DNA from: Anaerolineales bacterium
GTDB lineage: Bacteria > Chloroflexota > Anaerolineae > Anaerolineales > Villigracilaceae
NCBI GenBank assembly: GCA_020847355.1
Contig: JADLCG010000055.1
Location: 1-35,857, forward strand
Length of the DNA stretch: 35,857 nt
Reading direction: 5' to 3'
The first letter of the stretch is position 1. Each line of letters starts with the position of its first letter. The position numbers were made by a program, and so were the translations under genes. Of the stretch, positions 17,381 through 25,776 are shown piece by piece. The notes below the pieces were generated by a model. That model was not told the origin of the DNA. It saw nothing but the letters and a program-made list of their open reading frames with translations, and searched no databases.

Positions 17381-18619
17381 CTACAAGGTTTCATAAACGC
17401 CTGAAATTATTTCGGCTACTTTTTCCCAGCTAAATTTAGTGCGCGAAAGCAAGCGGGCATGTTCGCCCATCGCCTGGGCGAGTTTTGGATCTTGAAGCAA
17501 GGCGTTAATTTTCTGCGCCAAATCTTGCGGGTTTTGGGGCGCGGCTAAAAATCCGTTTTTGCCGTCCTCCACAGCTTCAGGCAAGCCGCCAATATTTGCG
17601 GCGACCACCGGCTTACCAAACGTATATGCTACCTGCAACGCCCCGCTTTGCGTACTGCTTCGATACGGATAAACCACAACGTCCGCAAGCGTCATAATCG
17701 GAGCGATCTCGGTAACGTCAATATAACGCGGGTCAAAAATTATCCGTTCGCTCAGTCCTAATTCTGTCACCCGCTCATAGAGGGCGTTCATGTCAATATA
17801 TTTCGTTGGGTATCCAACCACAAGCAATTTAGCGCCGCAAGTTTGAGGAAGCAAACCAAAGGCTTCAAGCAAATCTTCAATGCCTTTGCTCGGAGAGAGC
17901 AAGCCAAAGAACAAAATAACTTTATCCTGCTCGGTCAGCGCATATTTCTGGCGGAGATCCGCTTCAGCGCTTGGACTCTGCGGAAGTTGAAGAAGCCAGC
18001 CTTGATTGCCGTGCGGGATGAGATGCGTAGCCTTCACTGGAACTGCGGGAAAATGCGTAATAAATTTCTGACGGTTTTCTTCAGCGTGAAAAAATAGCGC
18101 GGAAAACTTGGCGTACATGGCTTCGTCAGAACCGAAAATGATCGTAGAAAGGACTTCATCTTTTCCCTCTCTGGCTTCAAATTCATGGCAAACCTGAGTT
18201 AGAACCAAATTATTTTTCTTCAAGCGCCTGATAAAGTAAGCTTCAAACTGAAATTGAATGCGGGAAAATTGCACAATCTCCGGTTTGACGCGCAATAAAT
18301 AAGCCGTCACTCGAAACCAAGTGAGGATCAGATAAACTCCGCGCAAGATTCGCAAACCCAAGCGCTTCACTCTCCGCCAAACAGATTTCAGCAATCCTTT
18401 TGAAGTTTCGCTATTTGACGAAGAGAAATTCTTCATCAAATAAAAATCTTTTTTCACCCGAAAATTATGCGGCAGGTTCGCCATTTCGTAATCCGAAGCG
18501 GTCAACAGAGTCACCTCGAAACCTGCATTTGCTAAAGCGGTGCAGAGTTGATAGGCATAATGAATCAACCCGCCAACGCTGTTCAATTCAATGACACAGA
18601 TATGTTTTTTATTTTTCAT
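17381..18619 (-). CDS. GT4 glycosyltransferase
   Basis: 'LFFGLLSPSKGIEDL' and 'YPYRSSTQSGALQVAYTFGKPVV...GGLPE'. Confidence 0.92.
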   Translation of the reverse strand: MKNKKHICVIELNSVGGLIHYAYQLCTALANAGFEVTLLTASDYEMANLPHNFRVKKDFYLMKNFSSSNSETSKGLLKSVWRRVKRLGLRILRGVYLILTWFRVTAYLLRVKPEIVQFSRIQFQFEAYFIRRLKKNNLVLTQVCHEFEAREGKDEVLSTIIFGSDEAMYAKFSALFFHAEENRQKFITHFPAVPVKATHLIPHGNQGWLLQLPQSPSAEADLRQKYALTEQDKVILFFGLLSPSKGIEDLLEAFGLLPQTCGAKLLVVGYPTKYIDMNALYERVTELGLSERIIFDPRYIDVTEIAPIMTLADVVVYPYRSSTQSGALQVAYTFGKPVVAANIGGLPEAVEDGKNGFLAAPQNPQDLAQKINALLQDPKLAQAMGEHARLLSRTKFSWEKVAEIISGVYETL

Positions 18620-19781
18620 GGCGGGTTATCAATTCCAGATAGAGTTTTTTCAATTGGTTAACTTGCCCGCGAACGTCAAATTTCTCATTAACGATTCTAA
18701 AACCGTCAAGCCCCATTGATTTCATCTCCTCAGGGTTAGCAAGCAGACTCAGGCAGGCTTTGGTCAATTCAACTGGGGAGCCCGGCGCAACCAAACGTCC
18801 ATTGACTCCATCCGCAAGCATTTCAGGGACGCCCCCCACGCGGCTGGCAACGATTGGCAAACGCGCCGCCATAGCCTCGGCTAAAACAGTCGGCAGGGCT
18901 TCGGTCAAAGTTGGCAAAATAAACAGATCGCTAGCGGCTAAAATCTGCGGAATATCGCTTCGCTGACCGGCAAAAATCACCTTTTCCTTTATCGGGCTAT
19001 TTGCGAGCCTTTTTTCAAGTTCAGGACGATACGCGCCATCGCCTACAATCAAATAGTAAGCGTTGGGATGCGCAGAAAAAATCTCAGGCAGGGCTTCCAG
19101 CATAAACTGAATTCCCTTTGGCTCGCGCAAGACCGCCACAGTTGTTAGCAGAATCGCATCGGGCGGTAGGCTGAACGCATTGCGAAGCGCCAAGCGTTCG
19201 CGCTGAAAATCCAAATTTGCGTAAGCCGAAAGGTCAATGCCGTTATAAATAACGCGCACATGATCGGGCGAAGTTTTACTCTCATTCAAATGGAATTGAC
19301 GCGCCTCTTCTGAGACGGAGATCACTTGATCGCAGAAATAGCGAAGCGCAGATAATTCCGTAAATTCATGCAGACGCGATTTGAAACTTCGATCGCTTGC
19401 CAGCATGGTATGAAGCGTAGTCACGCTGGGCAGGCGCAACAATTTCGCCGCAAAATTTCCGAGCGTGTCCGCAAATTCAAGCTGAGTATGCACAAGATCG
19501 GCGCGCGTTTTCTTCAGATACGCATAAAGGCGCGGAATTGCCGTCAGGTCCCGCAGGTAAGGAATCGGTAGAAAATCAACCGGGATGTCAATCGCTCGGA
19601 GTTGATCCGCGATTGGATTGCCCTGCCGCACTTGAAATGCGCAAACGCGGGGAGTAAAAATTTCCTGATCTAAATTCTTGAGGGTTGGAACCAGCAAACG
19701 CTCGGCGCCGCCCATGCCTAGCCCGTCAATTAGATAGCTAATATTATATTTTCGCTTGGGAGCATTGATAGTTGTTGACAC
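18609..19781 (-). CDS. GT4 glycosyltransferase
   Basis: 'GMGGAER', 'IYNGID', 'VAVLREPKG' and 'PTLTEALPTVLAEAMA...GGVPE'. Confidence 0.93.
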   Translation of the reverse strand: MSTTINAPKRKYNISYLIDGLGMGGAERLLVPTLKNLDQEIFTPRVCAFQVRQGNPIADQLRAIDIPVDFLPIPYLRDLTAIPRLYAYLKKTRADLVHTQLEFADTLGNFAAKLLRLPSVTTLHTMLASDRSFKSRLHEFTELSALRYFCDQVISVSEEARQFHLNESKTSPDHVRVIYNGIDLSAYANLDFQRERLALRNAFSLPPDAILLTTVAVLREPKGIQFMLEALPEIFSAHPNAYYLIVGDGAYRPELEKRLANSPIKEKVIFAGQRSDIPQILAASDLFILPTLTEALPTVLAEAMAARLPIVASRVGGVPEMLADGVNGRLVAPGSPVELTKACLSLLANPEEMKSMGLDGFRIVNEKFDVRGQVNQLKKLYLELITRHEK

Positions 19782-19877
19782 AATTTATTCCTGATGACCA
19801 ATAATTATATTATCTTTTTTTGATTTCTTATTTACCAATTACATAAGGAAGCGTCTAAAGGAATGGGCTAAAGAGCC

Positions 19878-19956
19878 TTTCACCACAGAGAGCGCAGAGT
19901 CCACAGAGAGGCTTCAGAAGGGTTTCTCCGTGTTCTTTGTGCGCTCTGCGGTTAAA
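19878..19956. repeat. Imperfect palindromic extragenic element with internal 9-nt periodicity (REP-like)
   Basis: Arms TTTCACCACAGAGAGCGCAGAGTCCACAGAGAG and TTCTCCGTGTTCTTTGTGCGCTCTGCGGTTAAA match at 24 of 33 positions. The repeating unit is C(A/G)CAGAGNN. Confidence 0.75.
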
Positions 19957-19960
19957 TCTT

Positions 19961-20995
19961 TTAAAAGCCCACAGAATTAGACACTCCCTTACATAAACCA
20001 GAGAACAGCGCCCGCCAGATAAAATCCTGCGTTTTCTCAGAATTACGATTCATACTTGCGCGCACTGCGTTCTCAACGCAACAAACCAACATGCCGGAGC
20101 GCATCGGCAGAACGGTATATTTAGTCGGCGTGCCGAAAGCGTTTAAGTACGCAGGAATGATCTGTCTATTCCAAGCGCGCAAAATCTCAAGCGCGGCTTG
20201 CGCCCGCGCTTCAACTGGGGCGTTGACAAATTGTTTTGGAACAGCGGTTAAAGCGCCAGCCAGTAAAAACATATATAAATCCAGGCTGACGTCTTTAGAC
20301 CAGCGCGCGTATTGCCAATCCAAAAGCATCAGCTTGCCATGCTCGGCGCTTCGAATCATATTTCCGTGCCAGAAGTCGCCCTGAATGAGAATTTTGTGAT
20401 CAACTTTCAAAGCGGCGGATTCTACTTCTAAAGCCAAAGCGTCCAGCGTTTGAAGCTCGGCGTTGGGCGGAGCGTACATCTGCTTATACTTCTCAATCTT
20501 TTCTGAAAAACCAGAATCAATTTTCTCGCCGTCAGTTAAGGGCGTAGCCGTTTGATCCATAATGCTACGCAGAGACTGCGCCACGTCAATGGATAAAGAA
20601 AGCAAGCGCGCCGGAGCCTGCCACAAGGATTTTCTAGTGACGCGCAAAAGGTTTTCGCCACGCAAAAACGTTGTGACTAAAACCGGCTGACCCTGCAATT
20701 CAGCCATAGCGATTATCTTTTGTAGCCGATATTCAGCTTCTGGACCAAGTAGCCGCCAAAGTTCCGTCAATCTATCGTATTCGATTTGAAGCGCCCATTT
20801 ATTTTCAGGCAGGCGCGGCGTTTTAGCGACTACCGTCGGGTAGGTTTTGCCCGCTTCAAAACCAAAGAAAATGACATTCTCGTCAAGGTCGGGAATTCCC
20901 GGCGCCAAACTCACCCATTGGAGCGGCAAGGCAAAAGACTTAGCTTTCTCGGAAGCGACAATAAGTTCGGTAAGAGCGTCAACAAAAGTATTCAT
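19961..20995 (-). CDS. Aminoglycoside phosphotransferase/choline kinase-like (APH family) kinase
   Basis: 'VVAKTPR' (catalytic Lys), helix-C Glu 'LQIEY', Brenner motif 'QGDFWHGN', 'LLDWQY' and 'DL' helix. Confidence 0.8.
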   Translation of the reverse strand: MNTFVDALTELIVASEKAKSFALPLQWVSLAPGIPDLDENVIFFGFEAGKTYPTVVAKTPRLPENKWALQIEYDRLTELWRLLGPEAEYRLQKIIAMAELQGQPVLVTTFLRGENLLRVTRKSLWQAPARLLSLSIDVAQSLRSIMDQTATPLTDGEKIDSGFSEKIEKYKQMYAPPNAELQTLDALALEVESAALKVDHKILIQGDFWHGNMIRSAEHGKLMLLDWQYARWSKDVSLDLYMFLLAGALTAVPKQFVNAPVEARAQAALEILRAWNRQIIPAYLNAFGTPTKYTVLPMRSGMLVCCVENAVRASMNRNSEKTQDFIWRALFSGLCKGVSNSVGF

Positions 20996-21007
20996 TAGAG
21001 TCGGCGT

Positions 21008-21661
21008 TTAGGCGGAAGAGTTCTTTGAGCTAGCGGTCGCAAAGTAAAAGGGAAAGAAATTAAGCAGAAAGGTCGCGAGAAAAGCGATAATCTGCGAATT
21101 CCGCGCCTTAAAGGGAAGTTTGTGCCGATAACGATGATCCAAGGCAAAGGCAGCCGCCTGCCGATTGAGCGGAAAGATGTATTCAGGCAAAGTCAAATTA
21201 GAGAGCGCGGCATATAAAACAATCTCGCAATAACCAGCCTGTTTCAGAGTCTTTTGAATTTGCATCGGCGTGGATAAATATTTTTGAGCAGGCGCCGCCT
21301 CCCAAAGCGTGTAGCGGTTCGAAAAAGCGAGGAGTATGCGGCCCTTTGGACGTAGTAATCTCGAAGCGGCGGCAAGCGCTTCAACTACGCGGTCAGAAAA
21401 AGAATCGGGGAAGCCCAAAGGTAGCGCGATAAAATCAAAATTTGCCGAAGCGTTGCGTAGCTCCTGCTCAAACTCCGGGAAATCCATAGCTTGCGCTGAA
21501 AATTTCAGCGTATTAAAAAACTGGGCAACATCCCCCAATTCGCGCCCAACGATTATCCCCTTGCTATTCTCCGAAAGCGGCAGTAAAAAACGCCAATCTG
21601 CGCTATGCTCGATGGGCAATTCACTGGCAAGAAAATCGGGGCGGTTTTGATTCTGCATCAA
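21008..21661 (-). CDS. Methyltransferase-fold protein, probably degenerate
   Basis: 'ADWRFLLP', weak motif I 'GIIVGRELG', 'NFDFIAL', 'SRLLRPKGRILLAFSNR' and 'TLKQAGY'. ATGA overlap with wzx. Confidence 0.55.
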   Translation of the reverse strand: MMQNQNRPDFLASELPIEHSADWRFLLPLSENSKGIIVGRELGDVAQFFNTLKFSAQAMDFPEFEQELRNASANFDFIALPLGFPDSFSDRVVEALAAASRLLRPKGRILLAFSNRYTLWEAAPAQKYLSTPMQIQKTLKQAGYCEIVLYAALSNLTLPEYIFPLNRQAAAFALDHRYRHKLPFKARNSQIIAFLATFLLNFFPFYFATASSKNSSA

Positions 21662-23154
21662 GCCTGTACATTCTGTTTAGCGCCGCTCACCATGCGGATA
21701 AGGCGCAAGAGATTGTCGCGTTCAAGCCGCCACAAAACCGCGAGATAGCTGATAGCGCCAGCGGCAACCACGCTAATCAATTGAACGATCGGCGCGGCGT
21801 TCGCCGTAAGTTTTAACGCCAGCAATGCAAATGGAACCATCACCACGCCCGCCAAGAACGCCGGCTTTAGCTCTTTCAAAATATCAGCAATCTTGATTTG
21901 GACGTATTTTGTCGCCAGCGTTAGGCTCGTGGCTCTTCTAACTAGCACCGCAAATAAATGCCCCCAGGCGATGCCAATTAATCCGAAGTGTGAGCCAATC
22001 CAAATTGAAGGGACGATCACAATCACCGTCAGAACGGTTAGCCACAGCAGGATGTCCGGTCGTCCAATGGCTTTATAGACATCGCCAATGTGATAGCCAA
22101 CAGAATAAACCCAAGCGTAAATCGCCAGAACGCGCAAAACGGGGATCGCCTCCAGCCACTGATCGCCAAAAACCACGCGCACGATAGGATCGGCGGCAAG
22201 AAACAACCCCAAGGCGATTGGAACCGCAATTAGTTGAATGAGGCGAATCGCCGCCAAAACGCCGCGCCGCATTTCCGCAGGTTTATCCTGAATTGAGGAA
22301 AATGCGGGGAACGTAACGCTCCCCATCACCCACAAATTCCCGATCAGCAACATCTCCGGTAAACGATAAGCCAGCGTGTATATACTTAATTCAGCCATGC
22401 CAAAAACTCTACCGACAATGATGTAATCTATGTTGTCAATGATCACGCCTAAAAAATCGCTAACCGTCACAGACGAGCCGAACTTCATCAACGATTTAAT
22501 TAATGCAAGGTCCAAACTTAAGCGCGGGCGCCAAGCGACAACGATCCAAACTAAAATTACCGAAGTAACAGCGCCCAAGATTTGCCCAAAAACTAAAGCC
22601 CAAACGCCATAACCGGCATACGCCAAGCCGATCGAAGCGACGCCCTTGACAATCGTATTTCCCATGTCTGGGATAAACTTGCGCCGATAGTCAAGGTCTT
22701 TCATCAACAAAATCACATGGACTGCGCCGAGCGCATTGATCGCAAAAGAAGTTCCAAGCCAACGCAGAACCGGAATAATTCTAGGTTCGTGAAAGTAATC
22801 TGCAAAGAATGGCGCTACTGGAATCACGAGCGCGGACAAGGTGAACCCAATAATCAGGTTGACGGTAAAAACAATATTCGCCACTTCATTGACATTCTCG
22901 CGGCGTTGAATGAGCGCGAGCCCCAGCCCTAAATCTTTGACCAGCGAAAGATAGCTGATTGCCACAATCGCAATCGAGAGCAAGCCGAAGTCGTCTTTCG
23001 TGAGGATGCGCGCCAAAATAGCGGTGGTGACTAAAACCGCCCCTTTACCCAAGCCGTAAGTTAGGAAATTCCAAATAACGCCGCGCCCAGCTTTGCGGGT
23101 AACATGAGCGCCGGAAGTCGTCTCTTCAACGGCAATAATTGGATTATCGTTCAA
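21658..23154 (-). CDS. wzx: Wzx-type flippase (MOP superfamily, WzxC-like)
   Basis: 'ILARILTKDDFGL', 'DLGLGLALIQ', 'GYGVWALVFGQ', 'NIDYIIVGR', 'YTLAY' and many TMs. Likely start is TTG 23154 after GGGAGA; the ORF extends to 23211. Confidence 0.9.
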   Translation of the reverse strand: MNDNPIIAVEETTSGAHVTRKAGRGVIWNFLTYGLGKGAVLVTTAILARILTKDDFGLLSIAIVAISYLSLVKDLGLGLALIQRRENVNEVANIVFTVNLIIGFTLSALVIPVAPFFADYFHEPRIIPVLRWLGTSFAINALGAVHVILLMKDLDYRRKFIPDMGNTIVKGVASIGLAYAGYGVWALVFGQILGAVTSVILVWIVVAWRPRLSLDLALIKSLMKFGSSVTVSDFLGVIIDNIDYIIVGRVFGMAELSIYTLAYRLPEMLLIGNLWVMGSVTFPAFSSIQDKPAEMRRGVLAAIRLIQLIAVPIALGLFLAADPIVRVVFGDQWLEAIPVLRVLAIYAWVYSVGYHIGDVYKAIGRPDILLWLTVLTVIVIVPSIWIGSHFGLIGIAWGHLFAVLVRRATSLTLATKYVQIKIADILKELKPAFLAGVVMVPFALLALKLTANAAPIVQLISVVAAGAISYLAVLWRLERDNLLRLIRMVSGAKQNVQA

Positions 23155-24643
23155 GAGACGTCTCCCGAGATGAAAAACGGGAGAGACCTGTACCCGATTG
23201 AAGTTCATCAACCAATTGAATCAGCGTAATTCCCAAAGCGACTAAGATCCAAAAATAACGGATGTAAGCGTTGTGCAAAAAGACAGCGGCAATCATATAA
23301 GCGATAATTGAAACGCGAAGTGAATTGATCCACGGCAGTAAAGAGATATGCCGAGGCATCAAATGAACCGTCCGCGCCGCCCGCGCCAGCCCAGCCATAA
23401 GCGCTAACACCAATCCAAAAAACGAGACTGCGCCAAAGACTCCCGTCTCCGCCAACACTTGCGTATATAACGAGTGCGCGTCTCTTTCTTCCGAACGCAT
23501 CTCAAGCCCAATCTTCTGCGCATATTCCTGATAATTATTGCGAAAGTTCCCCGCCCCCACGCCCAACAATGGATGATCGGCAAACATCATCACGCCGGCA
23601 ATCACCTCGCTCGCCCGCCCACGAAACGAAGAATCCTCATACACGCTCACGCCGCCTTCAGAACTCGGCGCAAGCGATAATAAACTTTCAAAACGCTCAA
23701 GGTACGCCGGAGGGAGCAAGGGAATAAAAATCGTAGCCAGCCCCAAGATACCAATCGCCACCAGCGGATTAAGTTTCCGATCGAAAACAAAGAGCGTTAG
23801 GATCATACTGACGACAAACGCTAGATACCCGCCGCGGCTATAAGTATTCAACAACTCGAAGCCGATAATCCCAAACGCGGCAATTGCGTAAAGCTTGGTC
23901 AACATGCGCGGCTGATTGAAGATCTGGAAAGCGATCAGCGGCAAAATAGCCACCAAAACTTCAGCCCACATATTCGGGTCGCGTATTGGTCCGCCAATGC
24001 GATTCGTCGAAGAATTATCGCCCTCCACCACGCTTTGCGTTTTAATCCGCGCCATGCCGAAGAAATCTTGCGAATAATCTCCGGTGAAAATTTGATAAGC
24101 GCCGAACAAACATAACACAGTTGTAATGAAGACGATGATCCAAACCGCCTGTTTCCAAGTGGAAGTTTCTCGAATGGCGAACAAAATTGTATAAAGAATA
24201 AAAATATCCTTCGCCAAATCCTGAATCGCTTCCATCGTTCGATCTTTATCCGAAGCGACCGCATAAGAAGCCAGCATGGAAACAAAATAGAGGATCAAAA
24301 ACAACTCAACGACAAAGGTGCGCGTGCGGTTCTTCGGCAACTGCCCGGTATAATAATTCCGAACCATGATCGCCGCAAAGACCACCACCACCAAAGGCTT
24401 GATGATGCTTGGGTATCCGCGATTGGTCAGTTCCGCCGAGATGTTGATAAAGATCGTAATAATCAGGATGTTCGCGCCAATATTGGGCTTGATGATGATC
24501 ATCATCACCATCACAATCCCTAATACTCCCGCCAAGCCGTACAAGCCCACGCTGGTATCCGGGTCTGCCAAGGCGAAAGAAGCCGCGCCGACAAAAAACA
24601 AGCTGAATACTAAAAAGATCAAATCATTATTTTTGAGAGTCAT
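23144..24643 (-). CDS. O-antigen ligase/Wzy polymerase family membrane protein
   Basis: 'RIGGPIRDPN', 'TYSRGG', 'SSFRGR', 'HPLLGVGAGNF', 'AHSLYTQVLAETGVFG' and about 12 TMs. Confidence 0.88.
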   Translation of the reverse strand: MTLKNNDLIFLVFSLFFVGAASFALADPDTSVGLYGLAGVLGIVMVMMIIIKPNIGANILIITIFINISAELTNRGYPSIIKPLVVVVFAAIMVRNYYTGQLPKNRTRTFVVELFLILYFVSMLASYAVASDKDRTMEAIQDLAKDIFILYTILFAIRETSTWKQAVWIIVFITTVLCLFGAYQIFTGDYSQDFFGMARIKTQSVVEGDNSSTNRIGGPIRDPNMWAEVLVAILPLIAFQIFNQPRMLTKLYAIAAFGIIGFELLNTYSRGGYLAFVVSMILTLFVFDRKLNPLVAIGILGLATIFIPLLPPAYLERFESLLSLAPSSEGGVSVYEDSSFRGRASEVIAGVMMFADHPLLGVGAGNFRNNYQEYAQKIGLEMRSEERDAHSLYTQVLAETGVFGAVSFFGLVLALMAGLARAARTVHLMPRHISLLPWINSLRVSIIAYMIAAVFLHNAYIRYFWILVALGITLIQLVDELQSGTGLSRFSSRETSLER

Positions 24644-24664
24644 TTTTTCTCGTTTCTACCAAAG

Positions 24665-25762
24665 CTACGGAAGCGTAGTGGAAGGCTGATTCCAGTCAAT
24701 TACGACATACCAACTAGACGGAATATCGCGCAACATATCTTCAGACCAAATGCTTGCGTCCCATTTCGCAGTTTCGTTGCCTTCGCCGTAAGTTTTCGGA
24801 TGCCCGCTGTTATCAACAATAAAGCCGCCGTATTCCTGCATGTTCAACGCCCAGACGACGCAACCGCGCACTCCCGAACACGCTTCTATTATTTCAGCCT
24901 GCGTAACTTCCGGCTTGATCGCAATCCGCGCCCCTTCCGGAATGTCAAATTGATCCGTCCCATCTCCATCTGTTTTGGTGAAAGGCGGGATGGATGCGGG
25001 CCACCCATTCGCCGCGCAAACTTCCGCCATACAGGGATAATCGTAAGCAATTGTAACTGCGTGGCCGATATAGCCGCGTTCGATCTCACAGGGCCGCACA
25101 ATTCCGGCAAAGCTACCGATACCGGCGCCGCGCTGTGCAAAACCTTGCGGCGGTATACCTGAAGAGTAAATACTATATTTATACAGCCCGCCAACAAACC
25201 AATGCTCAGCGTCAATAATTCTGCCTTTGACCAAACCCCATTCTTCGCCAGTCTCAACATTCACTAGCGTCAACTCGCCATCTGTGCCGGGCGCGGGTTT
25301 GGCGTGAGCCGGAATTGGAGCTAAAACTACGCCGCCAGATTCTCCATACTCAATAACGGAGTCGTCAAGCACATTTCGGAATCTGCGCCCTTCCTGCAAC
25401 TGCACCGAAATTAACGGAGTAGCGTTATCAATAAAATAAATATTGGAGGAAAATTGCGAGGTGTCCGAGCCGATCCAGCTTGAGTTTTTGAAAAACGCGG
25501 ACATCATCTGATCGTTATCCGGATGCGCTTTGGCTTTTGACCAATCAATCGGCACATTCCAAATCGAATCGCTCGCGTACGGTCGGACGCATCCGAGGTC
25601 GGCATTGTTCCAATCGGCAGTTGCGGCAACCGCTAAAGATTCCGCCGTTTGCGTATTTTGCGCAGACATAGAAATACTCACGCCTTTAGCCGGCAAAAAA
25701 AAGCAGGCAGATACGCCAACCCCAAGAAGCAACAAGCCTAGCAGGCGTTTAAAAATATTCAT
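24665..25762 (-). CDS. Secreted/extracytoplasmic hypothetical protein
   Basis: N-terminal signal or anchor helix, then an aromatic- and Gly-rich domain ('RPYASDSIWNVPI', 'PGTDGEL', 'GIVRPCE..GYIGHA', 'IPEGAR', 'QEYGGFIVD'). Confidence 0.8.
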   Translation of the reverse strand: MNIFKRLLGLLLLGVGVSACFFLPAKGVSISMSAQNTQTAESLAVAATADWNNADLGCVRPYASDSIWNVPIDWSKAKAHPDNDQMMSAFFKNSSWIGSDTSQFSSNIYFIDNATPLISVQLQEGRRFRNVLDDSVIEYGESGGVVLAPIPAHAKPAPGTDGELTLVNVETGEEWGLVKGRIIDAEHWFVGGLYKYSIYSSGIPPQGFAQRGAGIGSFAGIVRPCEIERGYIGHAVTIAYDYPCMAEVCAANGWPASIPPFTKTDGDGTDQFDIPEGARIAIKPEVTQAEIIEACSGVRGCVVWALNMQEYGGFIVDNSGHPKTYGEGNETAKWDASIWSEDMLRDIPSSWYVVIDWNQPSTTLP

Positions 25763-25776
25763 ATGCGTTCAACTTC

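Noticed and set aside
19878-19956. CRISPR array or tandem repeat
   Set aside because: It is a single palindrome with no repeat-spacer structure and no cas genes.
19961-20995. Aminoglycoside resistance gene
   Set aside because: Only the APH fold is shared. Its position inside a glycan operon argues for a biosynthetic role.
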